Below, one piece after another: positions 1-12,736 of a stretch of DNA of 64,000 bases. The stretch is from Malacoraja senta (taxonomy: Eukaryota), in the NCBI GenBank assembly GCA_038087875.1, contig CM076001.1, forward strand, positions 126,001 to 190,000, read 5' to 3'. The notes beneath the pieces were generated by a model. That model was not told the DNA's origin. It did no database searches and worked only from the letters and a program-made list of their open reading frames with translations. Each line of letters opens with the position of its first letter. The first letter of the stretch is position 1. A program made the position numbers and the translations under genes.

Positions 1-922
1 GTAGATGTTTCTAGATTAATTTATGGGAATTAAACATTAAATTCCTTCCCATCTGGCATATGTTCATGACAGTGAGATTTAAAAAGCATGTTATATTGTG
101 AATTCTTGTGTGAATGGGATCAGTTTGTTAGTTGGATACAGGCTATTTAAAACAATTATCCTTTTCTTAAGAAATGGAATCTACAGGACATTCTTAATGG
201 GAAAGTAGTGGGCAGAAAGGCATGTCATGCGTGGTTTGAAGAGCAAAAACTTGTAGTTTACAATGGCAAAATTGAAAAGTTGAGGAAAAACAAGGTGTAC
301 AGAGTTGCTTATTGGTTACAATCTGAGGAGTATGATGATGCTACTGATTATGATATGCCAATGTACCAGCTAGCAAATGATCTTCTCCATAAAGACTTGG
401 TCTATTGCTAGAAATTGCAATTTATTTACCTATCTGTTACGGACTTACAGCATATAATACAATAATATTAAAGTTCTGATCTTGAGAATATCACACTTTT
501 GAATTTTCAAGGCAGTCTGGGTGTTTATTACTATTTCTGTCACAACGGTCAATTTTGTAATTAGCTACAATTAGGTAACCAATTAATTATAGGCTTTAAT
601 TTCAGGTCATCCAAGTAAGATGTTTTATATTTATTTTAGAATGTGTCAATCTATAATAACTGAAAATTTCATTCAGTTCTCTTAATTTTTAAGAAAGTTA
701 TGGGCTTTTGACTGTCCTCAATCACAGCGTTTGTGTTAAGTCAATGGAAAAGCAATAGGGAACAAGATGCTAATTTCCGAGTATGAAAATGGCCATAACT
801 TCTTTAATACTGAAGATATGAAATGGAATTAGGAGTGAAATTAAACTTCTTTTTTTGCTTTATTAGATGGCATAAATTGCAGACTTGATTTTAAAATCTC
901 AAAATTTTGTAACATTGCTACT
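1..922. mobile_element. Right end of a DNA transposon (possibly Kolobok-like), with a short ORF remnant at 208-411
   Basis: AT-rich terminal segment ends ...GTAACATTGCTACT at 922, followed by TTAT and then decayed CR1 sequence (LY.TLV..HL..CVQF). An AG..CT terminus with a TTAA-like target suggests Kolobok. The left end is outside the window. Confidence 0.4.
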
Positions 923-1185
923 TTATGGGACTTTGGTTTGGCTGCATTTGGGGTGTTGTGTGCAGTTTTGTCTTCCTATAGAGGGTGATGAATGCTTGAA
1001 ATGCACTGCTGGGGGTGACACACATCTGATAATGGCATTTAAGATAAGCACATGGATATACTGTATAGGGAATGGAAAGATATGGATCATGCCAGGCAGA
1101 TAAGAGTTGGTCTTGGCATTATGTTCAGCACATGAATTGTGGTCAGAGAGTCTGTTCTTGGGGTTGCACTGTTCTATAATCTATA
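923..1185 (+). mobile_element. Old CR1 LINE 3' fragments
   Basis: Degenerate LY.TLV..HL..CVQF codons and CR1-like 3' UTR. Confidence 0.6.
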
Positions 1186-2056
1186 TACATAAGATGAGGG
1201 CCAGAGCAAGAATAATAGATTTGAGTGCTGAAGTCACAAAGGAATTAAGATAAATGATTAGCCACAATATTATTGAATGGTGGTATTGGCTACCTCTTGC
1301 TTCAGCCCCTTATGCTGTTAAGTTATGGAAAAGGGAGAGAGTCATGAGATAAATATGGAATGGGAAAGTTGATCGATAGCCCATATCAAATGGAAACAAA
1401 CTGAAGCTCAGGATAGCAGCAGCAGTCACCGGGAGAAAAGCAAAGTTTATCGAGGCGCCGCAGTCTCGACGCCTCCCCGATGGCCGTGGAGAAGCCTGGG
1501 TTGGAACCCGGCTGGAGCCTCGCGGGTCGGATGGAGGAGCCAGGCCTCGCGGGACGGCACCATGGAGGCCTCAGGAGAGGACCCGGCAGCGTTGTGGAGA
1601 GGTTGGTGTGGCGGCTATTTAAGATAGTTATGGATAGGGACGGAGAGGGTCCACGTGTTAAAATGCTCAACTGGGATAAGGCCAACTTTGAGGGTATGAG
1701 AGAAGGTCTCACTCAAGTTGACTGGAGCAGGTTATTAGATGGGAAAGGAACATCTGCCAAGTGGGATGTTTTTCTAAGTGTACTAAAGAAAGCTCTGGAT
1801 GTGTACGTCCCCGTTAGAGTGAAGGGCAAAGCAGGGAAACATAAGGAAGCTTGGCTGACGAGGGAAATTGACACATTAGTCAAAAACAAGAAGGATGTAT
1901 GGGACAGATATAGGCAGCTGGGATCAAGGGCTTCACTGGAGGAGTTTTGGGACCTAAGGAGTAAACTGAAAAAGGAAATCAGAAGGGCAAAAAGGGGCCA
2001 GGAGATAGCTCTGGCGGTAGGCATTAAGGACAATCCCAAACGATTTTATAAATACA

Positions 2057-3875
2057 CTAGACCAAGTGCAGACCTGTTGGCTCTGGTCCCCGAATGTACT
2101 TCAGACACCGGGGTCCGGTTCCCGAACGTGCTTCAGCGTCTTGACGGCGTAGATAGCATCTGGACGGCCGTAGGCAGCGTCTCGACGTCGTACGCAGCGT
2201 CTTGACGGCGTACGCAGCGTGTTGACGGCATACTCCGTCAAGACACTGCGTAGAACGTCGAGACGCTGCATACGGCCGTCGAGACGCTGCGTACGCCCTC
2301 AATGGGGCTGCGGGCCGACAGGCCGTTGATGCGCTGGCTCTATCACGCTGGCTGAAGGCAAAGATGGGTTGTACCGCCACTGCTTTTCAGAGTCCTCGGA
2401 CAGAGGACGGCGAAAAGCAGAGGGGGAAGAGTTGATGTTTGGCTTGAGCCAGCGTGAGAGAGCCGGCCCGGGAGGGGGTGGTAGTGGAGGAGAGCCGGGC
2501 GGCAGCAGCGAAAATCGCCAGCGAAAGAATAAAAATGTTCTTGTTTTTGGAGCAGAGCCGGGCGGCTGCAGCCGTTATGGTGGCTGGCCAGTTAGAGGCG
2601 ACAAAATGAGTGAGTCGGGGGGGGGGATGGATTTTATTTTAAAATGTGTACATATAAATGTCTAAATCTAATAAGGAGTGTGTTAGGGTATGTAAAAGTG
2701 TAATATCTTGCGAAATGGAAAACATCTCGGAGTTTTTGCGTGTGTTTTTGGCAGAGCAAGGAATCAAATGCCAAATCTGACATCCACAAACACACACACC
2801 CACACACCGAGTATTAATAGTATACTAGACCAAGTGCAGACCCGTTGGGTCTGGTCCCCGAACGTGCTTCAGACCCCGGGGTCTGGTACCCGAACGTGCT
2901 TCAGCGTCTTGACGGCGTAGGCAGTGTCTGGACGGCCGTATGCAGCGTCTCAACGTCGTACGCAGCGTCTTGATGGCGTATGCAGCGTGTTGACGGCGTA
3001 GGCGACGTACGCCGTCAAGACGCTGCGTACGACATTGAGACGCTGTGTACGGCCGTCAAGACGCTGCGTACGCCCTCAATGGGGCTGCGGGCCGACAGAC
3101 CGCTGACGTGCCAGCTCTATCACGCTGGCTGAAGGCAAAGATGGGTTGATCCGCCGCTGCTTTTCGGCGTCCTCGGATAGAGGACGGCGAAAAGCAGAGG
3201 GGGGAGAGCCGATGTTTGGCTTGAGCCAGCATGAGAGAACCGGCCGGGGGGGGGGGGGGGGTGGTAGTGGTGGAGAGCCGGGCGGCAGCAGCGAAAATTG
3301 CCAGGGGAAAAATAAAATGTTGGCGATTTTGGAGGAGAGCCGGGCGCTTGAGCCAGCGTGAGAGAGCCGACCCGGGGAGGGGGGGGGTAGTGGAGGAGAG
3401 CCGGGCAGCAGCAGCGAAAATCACCAGCGAATGAAGAAAAATGTCGGCGTTTTTGGAGGAGAGCTGGGCGCTTGAGCCAGCGTGAGAGAGCCGGCCCGGG
3501 GTGCGGGTAGTGGAGGAGAGGCCGGCGGCAGCTGCAAAAATCGCCAGCGAAAGGATAAAAATGTCGCCGTTTTTGGAGCAGAGCCGGGCGGCAGTAGCCG
3601 TTATGATGGCTGGCCAGCAGGAGGCGACAAAATGTGTGAGTGGGGGGTGGGGATGGATTTTATTTAAAAATGTGAACATAAAAATGTCTAAATCTAATAA
3701 GGGGTGTGTTAGGGTATGTAAAAGTGTAATGTCTAGCGAAATGGAAAAAATCTCGGAGTTTTCGCATGTGGTTTTGGCGGACCAAGGAATCAAAGGCCAA
3801 ATCTGACACCCACAAACGCACACACACACCCACACACACAAAGTTTTAATAGTATATAGAAGATAGATAGATAGA
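2057..3875 (-). mobile_element. Two nested/tandem non-autonomous Helitrons (2057-2824 and 2825-3860) plus (TAGA)n
   Basis: On the minus strand, 5' TCTATATACT... and 3' hairpin GACCC-AAC-GGGTC followed by CTAG. Inserted between A2056 and T3876 of the CR1 (AAATACA|TAAGGGGG), with no TSD. Confidence 0.85.
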
Positions 3876-4513
3876 TAAGGGGGGAAAGGGTAACTAGAGA
3901 GTGAAATAGGCTATACAGGCATTTGGATGGGCAAGGGCTGATTAGGGACAGTCAGCGTGGTTTTGTACGTGGGAGGTCGTGTCTCACAAATCTGAATGAT
4001 CTTTTTGAAGCCGTGACCAAAAAGGTTGATGAGGCAGAGCTGTAGATGTTGTGTACATGGATTTCAGTAAGGCGTTCAACAAGGTTCTGCATGGTAGGCT
4101 GCTCTGGAAAGTTAGATAGCATGGGATCCAAGGAGAGAGAGCTGAATGGATAGCAAATTGGCTCCATGGCAGGAATCAGAGGGTGATGGTGGAAGGTTGC
4201 TTCTCAGACTGGATGCCTGTGACTAGTGGTGTGCCTCAGGGTTCAGTGCTTGTCCCTTTACTGCTTGTCAACTACATCAATGATTTCAATGAGAACATAC
4301 AGGGCAAGATTAACAAGTTTGCTGATGATACAAAAGTGGGTGGTTTTGCAGATAGTGAAGATGGTTGTGAACGATTGCAGCAGGATCTGGATCGATTGGC
4401 CAGGTGGGCGGAGGAATGGTTAATGGAATATAATACAGAATAGTGTGAGGTGTTGCATTTTGGGATGTCGAACAAGGGCAGGACCTTCACAGTAAATGGT
4501 AGGCCTCTGGGTA

Positions 4514-5280
4514 GAAAACAAGCAGGCAGCTTATTATCTCAATGGGGCTAGGTTAGGTAAGGGGGAGGTACAGCGAGACCTGGGTGTCCTTGAAAGTTGG
4601 CGTGCAGGTTCAGCAGGCAGTGAAGAAAGCTAATGGAATGTTGGCCTTCATAACAAGAGGATTTCAGTATAGGAGTAGAGAGGTTCTTCTGCAGTTGTAT
4701 AGGGCTCTGGTAAGACCATATCTGGAGTATTGCGTACAGTTTTGGTCTCCTAATTTGAGGAAGGACATCCTTGTGATTGAGGCAGTGCAGCGTAGGTTCA
4801 CAAGATTGATCCCTGAGATGGCAGGACTGTCATATGAGGAAAGATTGAAAAGACTAGGCTTGTATTCACTAGAGTTTAGAAGGATGAGGGGGATCTTATA
4901 GAAACATATAAAATTATAAAAGGACTGGACAAGCTAGATGCAGGAAAAATGTTCCCAATGTTGGGCGAGTTCAGAACCAGGGCCCACAGTCTTAGAATAA
5001 AGGGGAGGCCATTTAAGAATGAGGTGAGAAAAAAAAAAATCACCCAGATAGTTGTGAATTTGTGGAATTCCCTGCCACAGAGGGCAGTGGAGGCCAAATC
5101 ACTGGATGGATTTAAGAGATAGTTAGATAAAGCTCTAGGGGCTAGTAGAATCAAGGGATATGGGGAGAAGGCAGGCACGGGTTATTGATTGGGGATGATC
5201 AGCCATGATTGCAATGAATGGTGGTGCTGGCACGAAGGGCCGAATGGCCTCCTCCTGCACCTATTTTCTATGTTCCTATG
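4514..5280 (+). mobile_element. 5'-truncated CR1 copy nested in the host CR1
   Basis: ORF 4584-4901 (QQAVKKANGML...YCVQFWSP), 3' UTR and CTATGTTCCTATG tail. The host reading GGGTAG|TGTTGTAGAG resumes after it. Confidence 0.85.
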
Positions 5281-5400
5281 TTAGTGTTGTAGAGCAGAGG
5301 GATCTAGGAGTACAGGTGCATGGTTCCCCGAAGGTCGAGTCTCAGGTAGATAAGGGTCAAAAATGCTTTTGGCACTTTGGCCTTCATCAGTCAAACTATT

Positions 5401-7147
5401 TTTATTTTTTATTTTTTTAAATAATTTTTTTTTAAATTAGAAGTATTGTACATTGCAGTGATCTCAAGCAAAAATAAAATTATACATTGCTTGTACCACT
5501 TCTTATTTTAAACTTTAATGAGAAAAAAGATAGAGAGAGTTAGCAAAGATAGTGAGTGAGTGAAAATGTGGTCCAGGGAAACCCGTAGGGACCTAAACCA
5601 CAAGAAAGAGTTAAACAGAAAACAAAAGAAAAAGAAAGAAAAGGAAAGTAAGATAAGATAAGACAAGATAAAAGGGATGTACCTACTTCGTATCTTTACA
5701 CACCCCACAACAGGTCCTGAAACCATTTATTTTCAACGTTTTGTTGCACCCTATGTTTGTCATAAGTAGATAAATGGAGACCAAATCTTTTGGAAATGCT
5801 CTGATTTGCCTGCTAAGAGGAATCTCACATCTTCCAGGTGTAACAGTTCGGACATATTAGAAATCCACATTTTTATCGTTGGTGTGGGAGCGTTTTTCCA
5901 GAATTTCAGTATAAGTTTTTTTGCCATTATTAAGCCGTAATTAAGGAAGCTCTTATGAAATGAAGTCAGCTCAAAGCTGGCTTCCATTGTTCCAAAAATA
6001 ATCAGTTCTGCATTCGGTTTCAGTTTTATTTTAAATAATTTCGTAAAAATTTCAAAGATTTCATTCCAAAATTTTTGAATTTTTATACAAAAATAAAAGA
6101 ATGTGCTATAGTTGCTTCTTGGGTTAGACATTTATCACAGATGGAAGAGACATTTGGATAAAATTTACTTATTTTAGCTTTTGAGTAGTATAGTCTGTGT
6201 AAAGTTTTAAATTCACTTAGAATGTGTCTTACATTAATCGAGCATTTGTGCACATATAGCAAGTGTTTATCTTTCGAGATTTTTATAGCTAGTTCTTGTT
6301 CCCAATCTCTTCTAATTCTATCAGATGATGGTATTTCTATATTTAGGATATTATACAAATATGATATTAAGTTAGTTGATTCCGCCTTTATATTCATAGC
6401 ATCGTCTAATAGGTCTAATAGGTCTGGAGATAAATTTTAATATTCTTGTGTATATTCTTTCAAATAGTCACGGATTTGAAAATATTTAAAATATTGATTT
6501 AAGTTGTGGTTGGTGAAATGATAAAAAGTTTCCATTATCATACATGTCTCCAAACATTTTAATTCCTAATCTGTCCCAGTAGGTAAATGATTTATCTATA
6601 ATAGATGGTTTAAACGACGGATTATTAACTATTGGTGAGAGAAGCGATAGGTTTCTAAATTTTAAAGTTAATTTTATTTGTTTCCAAATTCTAATTGTAC
6701 TATGAATAATTGGATTTTTACTATATATTGTATTATTCAATTTTGTTGGTGAGAGAAGGATCGCTCCTATATTAAAAGGGGAACAATCCTCTCTCTCCAT
6801 TACTATCCAATCCACCTGCTGGGCCGAGTTGTCCACCAGGTGAATCATATTTTTGACATTTGCTGCCCAATAATAATACAAAAAATTAGGGAGTGTTAAT
6901 CCGCCAAATTCTTTAGGTTTGCACAAATGTCTTTTTTGAATTCTATGGGATTTATAGTCCCATATAAAATTTGTGATATCGGCATCCAGTTTTTAAAAAA
7001 AAATGTTGGTAAGTATATCGGTATTGATTGGAATAGATATAAAATTTGTGGTAGAAAGATCATTTTTATAGCATTTATTCGGCCTATTAGAGACATCGGA
7101 AGAGTTTTCCAAAATTTAATCAGTGTGTTTAGTTTATTGAGTAAGGG
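5401..7147 (-). mobile_element. 5'-truncated L1 LINE (ORF2 C-terminal half, frameshifted)
   Basis: Poly-T at 5401-5433. ORFs with LPMSLIGRINAIKM, GGLTLPNF and C..C zinc knuckle. 15-bp TSD with 2 mismatches: ATCAGTCAAACTATT (5386-5400) and ATCAGTCAGCCTATT (7148-7162). Confidence 0.92.
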
Positions 7148-8802
7148 ATCAGTCAGCCTATTGAGTATAGAAGTTAGGAGGTCATGTTGCAGTTGTATAA
7201 GAAGTTGGTGAGACCGCATTTAGAATATTGTGTTCAGTTCTGGGCTGTTATAGGAAAGATATTGTCAAATTTGAAACGGTTCAGAAAAGATTTACGAGGA
7301 TGTTGCCGGGACTAGAGGGTGTGAGCTAGAGGGAGAGGTTGAGTAGGCTGGGTCTCTTTTCCATGGAGTGCAGGAGGATGAGGGGTGATCTTATAGAGGT
7401 ATACATAACCATGAGAGGAATAGATCGGGTAGATGCACAGAGTCTTTGGCCCAGAGTAGGGGAATCGAGGACCAGAGGACATAGGTTCAAGGTGAAGGGG
7501 AAAAGATTTAATAGGAATCCGAGGGGTAACTTTTTCACACAAAGGGTAGAGGGTGTATGGATAAAGCTGCCAGAGAAGGTAGATGAGGCTGGGACCATCC
7601 CATTGTTTAAGAAACAGTTAGACAGGTACATGGATAGGACAGGTTTGGAAGGATATGGACCAAGCACAGGCAAGTGGGACTAGTGTAGCTGGGGCATGTT
7701 GGCCAGTGTAGGCGAGTTGGGCCGAAGGGCCTGTTTGGTCTCCCTGTCACCCCGTCACTCTTTCACTCAATCACTCTGTCACTCTGTCACTCTGTCACTC
7801 TGTCACTCTGTCACTGTCACTCTGTCACTCTGACAGCAGCTCTTTCCCAGACAAACTTTATAGGCTGGTGCTTTTGTTGAAATCATATTACACCATCTTG
7901 CAAACATTTAGTGCCAGCATTATCATCTGAAGCACTAATGTGAAGAAGTTAATAAACTTGTCGGTTTGCTGGTAAATGGTATTTCAAACCATGGGATGAT
8001 TACTCAAGAAGAGGGATTGATAAAATGTACCTATACACCAACGTAGTCACTGCTCTCATTGCCTGCAGTGATTGTATTCCAAAGCTCATATTTGTAATAG
8101 ACACAATGTCGGAGGGAATTTTGTACATTACCCATACCCTATCTCTGACTTTACTCAGATAGACACAAGTTAAAACAGCTCGTAGATCAGTGGTGAATCT
8201 ATGGAACGTCAGTTTATTATAGGCCTTAATGATATACATCGGGAAACAGTGTGAGCAAGCCCAAACTGCTTCAACAAGCCAAAGTAACCGCATGATTTTT
8301 ATATCCTCATGGCACAATGGTTACTTGTGGAGTTAAAATAAATCATTAAACAATGTCTCTGTAACCTTCCATCTTTGTCTTTCACCAGAGCTAACTTGAA
8401 CCTTATGTTTCTTATTGTTTTCAGAATCTCACCCCCATATATTTATCACATAGATACCATAAATGGCAATGTTCCCTTAGGGAGATGTAATTCTACTCGC
8501 TAAATGGGGTCCCCTCATTAAAGAGATCATTCGTTAACCTTTGGGGGACTTGCCCGCTAAACACAGTGACAAAGAGCAGCTGTAATCTCAAGTTTGCTAC
8601 AGACAAGAACCTTGACAGAACTGCAAAGGACTATCCTTCTCCCAATACATAAGAGCCTGCTTTTTAGCAGAATATTTCAGCTTTAGCCATTCTGACTACA
8701 TTCTTGGCCATTTTTCTCATTATGCTCCCCAGTATATGAGCTCTAGGGTTAACCAAATTATAACCCACGCATCTTCCTTATAATTCTCTAAATTCCCGAC
8801 AA

Positions 8803-8892
8803 CATACAAAAAGCTGGAGTAACTCAACGGGTCAGGCAGCATCTCTGGAGAAAAGGAATACGTGACGTTTCGGGTCGAAACCCTTCTGTAGC
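8803..8892 (-). mobile_element. Penelope-like terminal-repeat fragment with decayed hammerhead motif
   Basis: Reverse complement reads ...AGAAGGGTTTCGACCCGAAACGTCA; same repeat recurs at least 8 times in the window. Confidence 0.65.
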
Positions 8893-9169
8893 TTCCTACT
8901 CATATTTGTGATAATGGCTGCAACTATTTTATTCTCTATATTTGAACTATTTCGCTGGACTGAAAGGTCAGATGTTCGCGTTCTGCTCAAAACTTGTCGT
9001 GACCAAGACATCATTCCTTAAAAATAAGCATAACTGACCAGTCTCACTTGCTTAATCTTATTTGAAAACCATTACCTTATGCTGTTGAAATCAAGTTACC
9101 GATTTCTTCCATTTTGGTGCCCTGCATTTGATTCTCTCAACATGGTCTTGTCTATATTGCAGGAGCCAC

Positions 9170-9380
9170 GCATTAGTTGTGTGAACACTTTGAACAACAC
9201 TTCCATTCAGTCCAGAAGAATGACCCAGAACTTCCAGTTGCCTGTCGCTTTAATTCGTGGCCCCACTCCCACTCTGATCTCTCTGTCAGTAGCCCCTTAC
9301 CCTGTTCAGAATTTAGTTACTCCAACATTTTGTGTCTATCTTCGGTTTAATCCAGCATCTGCAGTTCCTTTCTACTCATA
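9170..9380 (+). mobile_element. Penelope-like element remnant (GIY-YIG C-terminus and terminal repeat)
   Basis: Decayed codons resembling EH..S...LPVA..FN..H.H.DLSV, followed by the terminal repeat tail (CCAGCATCTGCAGTTCC). Confidence 0.5.
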
Positions 9381-9499
9381 AAGTTAAAGAACAGCAGATC
9401 CTCCTCAGTCGAGCACATCATAGCTTTCTGGAGTGGATAGAAATTCAACAGTGTCAGAAAAGCAGATTTCCATTTTGCAGCAGAATGCATCAGGTCTCC

Positions 9500-11625
9500 T
9501 TACTGATCCTCTCATGACTGAAGTCTGAGGTTCCCACATATTTTAAAAGGGCATCAATAATACCAAGAAGAGCAAGGTGATGTGCCTCAACAACTCCCAA
9601 CTGGTGGCACTAATGTCTGTGGTGATGAAGTACTTTGAAAGGCTGGTTATGACACATATCAATTTCTACCTCAACAAAAATCTCGACCCATTACAATTTG
9701 CCTACCGCCAGAACAGGTCAACGGAGGATGCAATCTCATTGGCTCTCAATTCTGCACTGGACCACTTGGACACCTACAATAAAAAACACATACATCAGGT
9801 TATTGTTCATACACTACAGCTCGGTGTTCAATTCCATCATCCTCTCCAAGCTGGTTACCACAGGCTCCTCCTCCACACCCTGCATTTCCTTGCCCTGGTC
9901 CACCATCCGGACACTAAGTGGCAGTCGGTGTTGCCTTCCGATTGCGAGGGGGCCCCCCGGTGGAGGTCCCTCTACGCAGTGATTCTCCCCCTCTACATCG
10001 GGGACCTAGGGTGGAGGGTACTGCACCAAGGAGTCCCTTGCAACCTGTTTCTCTCGTGGTTCACAGACTCACCAGCCGCCTGCCACATTTGTGGGCTGGA
10101 AGAGTCTGTGTACCACGTGTATATGGAGCATGTGAGGCTGCAGCCCCTGTTCCAATATCTAAAGGGGCTCCTCCTTGCCTTCTGACTGCACTTCTCACCC
10201 ACCATCCTCATCTTTGGACACCCTGTGCGTAGGGGAGAGGGTAGGGCTAGGATGTCCTGGTTGGGTTGCTCCTGGGCCCGACCAAGCTGGCCATCCACGA
10301 GTCACGGCGCCAGATGGAAGAGAGCTCTGCCCAAGCCGGCTGCCTGCCCCTTTTTCGGGGGTGTGTCCATGCCCAGGTAGGGTCAGAAGGGGATTACGCG
10401 CTGTCCACGGACACCCTGGTGGATTTCCGGGACCGCTGGGCACCGCGGGGGGTGGAATGCATCCTTGACAAGGAGTGTAGGATATTTGTATAATAGTTTA
10501 TTGATTGTCTTGTATTATGGTTGTGGGTTGTTTTGTTTTTTAATATAGATATGTATATATTATTTTAATATTTGAATAAATATTTTTGATTAAAAACAAA
10601 AAAAGCTGGTTACCAAGCTCACAGAACTGCGTCTTTGTGTATTTCAATGTAACTGGATCCTCAACTTCCTCATCAACAAACCACAATCTATACGGATTGG
10701 CAGCAAAATGTCCTCCTCAATAGACATCAGCAAGGCTGCGTGCAAAGCCCCCTCTCTATACTCACGACTATACGGACAGAGTTTGATCACAGTCTTCAAG
10801 TTGGCAGACGACATTGTTGTTGGACGAATTATAGATGATGAGTTGGAGTATAGGAGGTAGATCGATCAACTGATCAAATTTGCTCTCAGCGTCAGTAAGA
10901 CCAAGGAACTTTAGAAGTGGATGGATGAGGATCCACAAACCTATCTTCATTGACAGGGCAGTGGTGGAGAGAGTCAAAATCATCATATTCCCGTGTATGC
11001 ATATCTCTGAAGATCTGTCCTGGACCCAGCACATTGATGCAATCATAAAGAAAGCCCATCAACATCACTACTTTCTTAGAAGATTGAGGTGATTCAATAC
11101 GTCAACCAATACTTTCTTGAATTTCTAGGGTGGTACAGTAAAGAGCATATTGATTGGTTGCATCATGGCCTGGTTTGGCAACTCAAAATCCCTGAAATGA
11201 AGGTGATTGCTACAAGTGGTGAACACTGCAAGTCCATCACAGGTACTGATCTACAAGATCTACAAGAGTCGCTGCCTCAAACAGGCAGCCAGCAGAGACC
11301 CACACCACCCTGGTCATATAACTCCTGCCATCAGAAAGAAGGTACAGGAGCCTGAAAGCTTTTGTCCAGGTTCAGGAGCAGCTTCTTCCCTACCACCATC
11401 AGGCTATTAAAGACTACAAACTCCAAATCGGCTCCAAACTATATAGACCTGGGGACATTATTTTGAGTTTGCACTATTATTGTCGATTTATATTTGGGTT
11501 TTTTATATATATACTCCATTTTTTTGTTTATTATGGGGTTTACAGAGTGGTCTGTTTGTTGTGCTGCTGCAAGTAAGAATTTAATTGTTCCGTTTCGGGA
11601 CATTTGACAATAAAACATTCTTGCC
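9500..11625 (+). mobile_element. Rex1/Babar-like LINE remnant (decayed RT)
   Basis: VALMSVVMKYFERLV...LDPLQFAYRQNRSTEDAI; KLADD-like; ISEDLSWTQHI...KKAHQ..YFLRRL; 3' end ...GACAATAAA. Confidence 0.8.
9861..10602 (+). mobile_element. 5'-truncated Tx1-type (L1 clade) LINE 3' end
   Basis: WRSLY...GDLGWRVLH...AACHICGLEESVYH zinc-finger region; AATAAA and poly-A; perfect 13-bp TSD AAGCTGGTTACCA (9848-9860, 10603-10615). Confidence 0.9.
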
Positions 11626-12736
11626 TCATCTAATGCAAGGTAACATATAACCATAACCATATAACCATTTACTCAGTATATCCCCCCCTTGACACACACT
11701 ACCTGAACCTCCTAAATATTTCCAGCATTCATTGTTATTTCACATTTCCAACAACTGCCAAGTTCTGCATTACACAATCCATCATTATTCCCTCTCATTT
11801 ATCCTTATTCATCTCCCTCAATTTACACTATCATCGGACATCTATGATCAACAATCCTTCATGACCCCCTCATTGATGACATGAGTAGCATCAGTGTCCT
11901 CGTGAGTCTCTTGAACTCCACATTCCTTTTGTTCTTTCCATACTTTCTCTTTTCACAGCAAGTAAAAACACACTTGTTTGTTCACTCTTCTCCTCTCTGA
12001 CGAAAGATCATCAACCTGAAACCTTCCTCCACTGATGCTGCCCGACTGCTTAGGATTTCCAACTTCTTATGTCCAAGCCCTGGAAGAGATGAATGTATGT
12101 GAAGCAAGAGCCCCAGCTCATTGTCACTCTCACCCTGACTCCTCACCTTGAGAACGACCAAATGGAAATTGAATTACTTGCACTGCTAGATGCTCTCTCA
12201 TCAAATCTGAATTCCAATTTTACCCTCCTCATTTCAGCTGAGAAGCACCATGATACTTCAGGTAACCTAGCTACCCTTCAAATCTTGTGACCCAAGTTCA
12301 CTGTGTAGGAAGGAACGGCAGATGCTAGTTTAAACCGAAGATATACAAAAAGCTGTAATAACTAGCAGATCAGGCAGCATCTCTGAATAAAAGGGTAACG
12401 TTTCAGGTCCTTCTTCTACTCACTTTGTCAGAGTGAGGCTAAACGCAAATTGGAGTAGTAGCACTTGGGAGGCTTACAGCTCAGTGGTATATTGATCTAT
12501 CTCACTTCAAGTAGCCCTCTCTCTATTTTACTTCGGAGTCACGTGAGTGACTACGTGAAGAACCCCGCCAGTGCGCCTGCACGTCATTACGTCAGACGCC
12601 TTGACGCAAACGGATGTGAGGAGCAAAGCTCCTCTAATGGATTTGTAGTTTTTTAACTACAAGGTAAGTAAAAACTTTTTTCAGTATTGTCAGGTCCGTT
12701 TACTGTGGGTCTGTGGGGATTTTTTCCACAGACGCC

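Larger units (their letters stand above)
1615..7832 (+). mobile_element. Composite CR1 LINE ORF2 remnant(s), interrupted by Helitrons, a second CR1 and an L1; 3' tail (CACTCTGT)n at 7745-7832
   Basis: ORF pieces LNWDKANFEGMR...NPKRFYKY (1480-2205), SGVPQGSVL...KFADDTK (4183-4443) and RRMRGDLIEVY...FFTQRV (7339-7683); octamer microsatellite tail typical of CR1. Confidence 0.9.

Noticed and set aside
1480..2205. 241-aa ORF as a host gene
   Set aside because: Chance fusion of an unknown GC-rich fragment, CR1 ORF2 and Helitron sequence.
7745..7832. (CACTCTGT)n array as an independent satellite
   Set aside because: Sits directly at a CR1 3' end; it is the ordinary CR1 tail repeat.
7850..8800. 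Apparently unique sequence with ORF 8000-8317
   Set aside because: No recognisable protein motif or convincing splice-site pair.
9577..10185. 202-aa ORF as a chimeric protein
   Set aside because: Read-through across the Rex/Tx1 insertion junction, which is defined by a 13-bp TSD.
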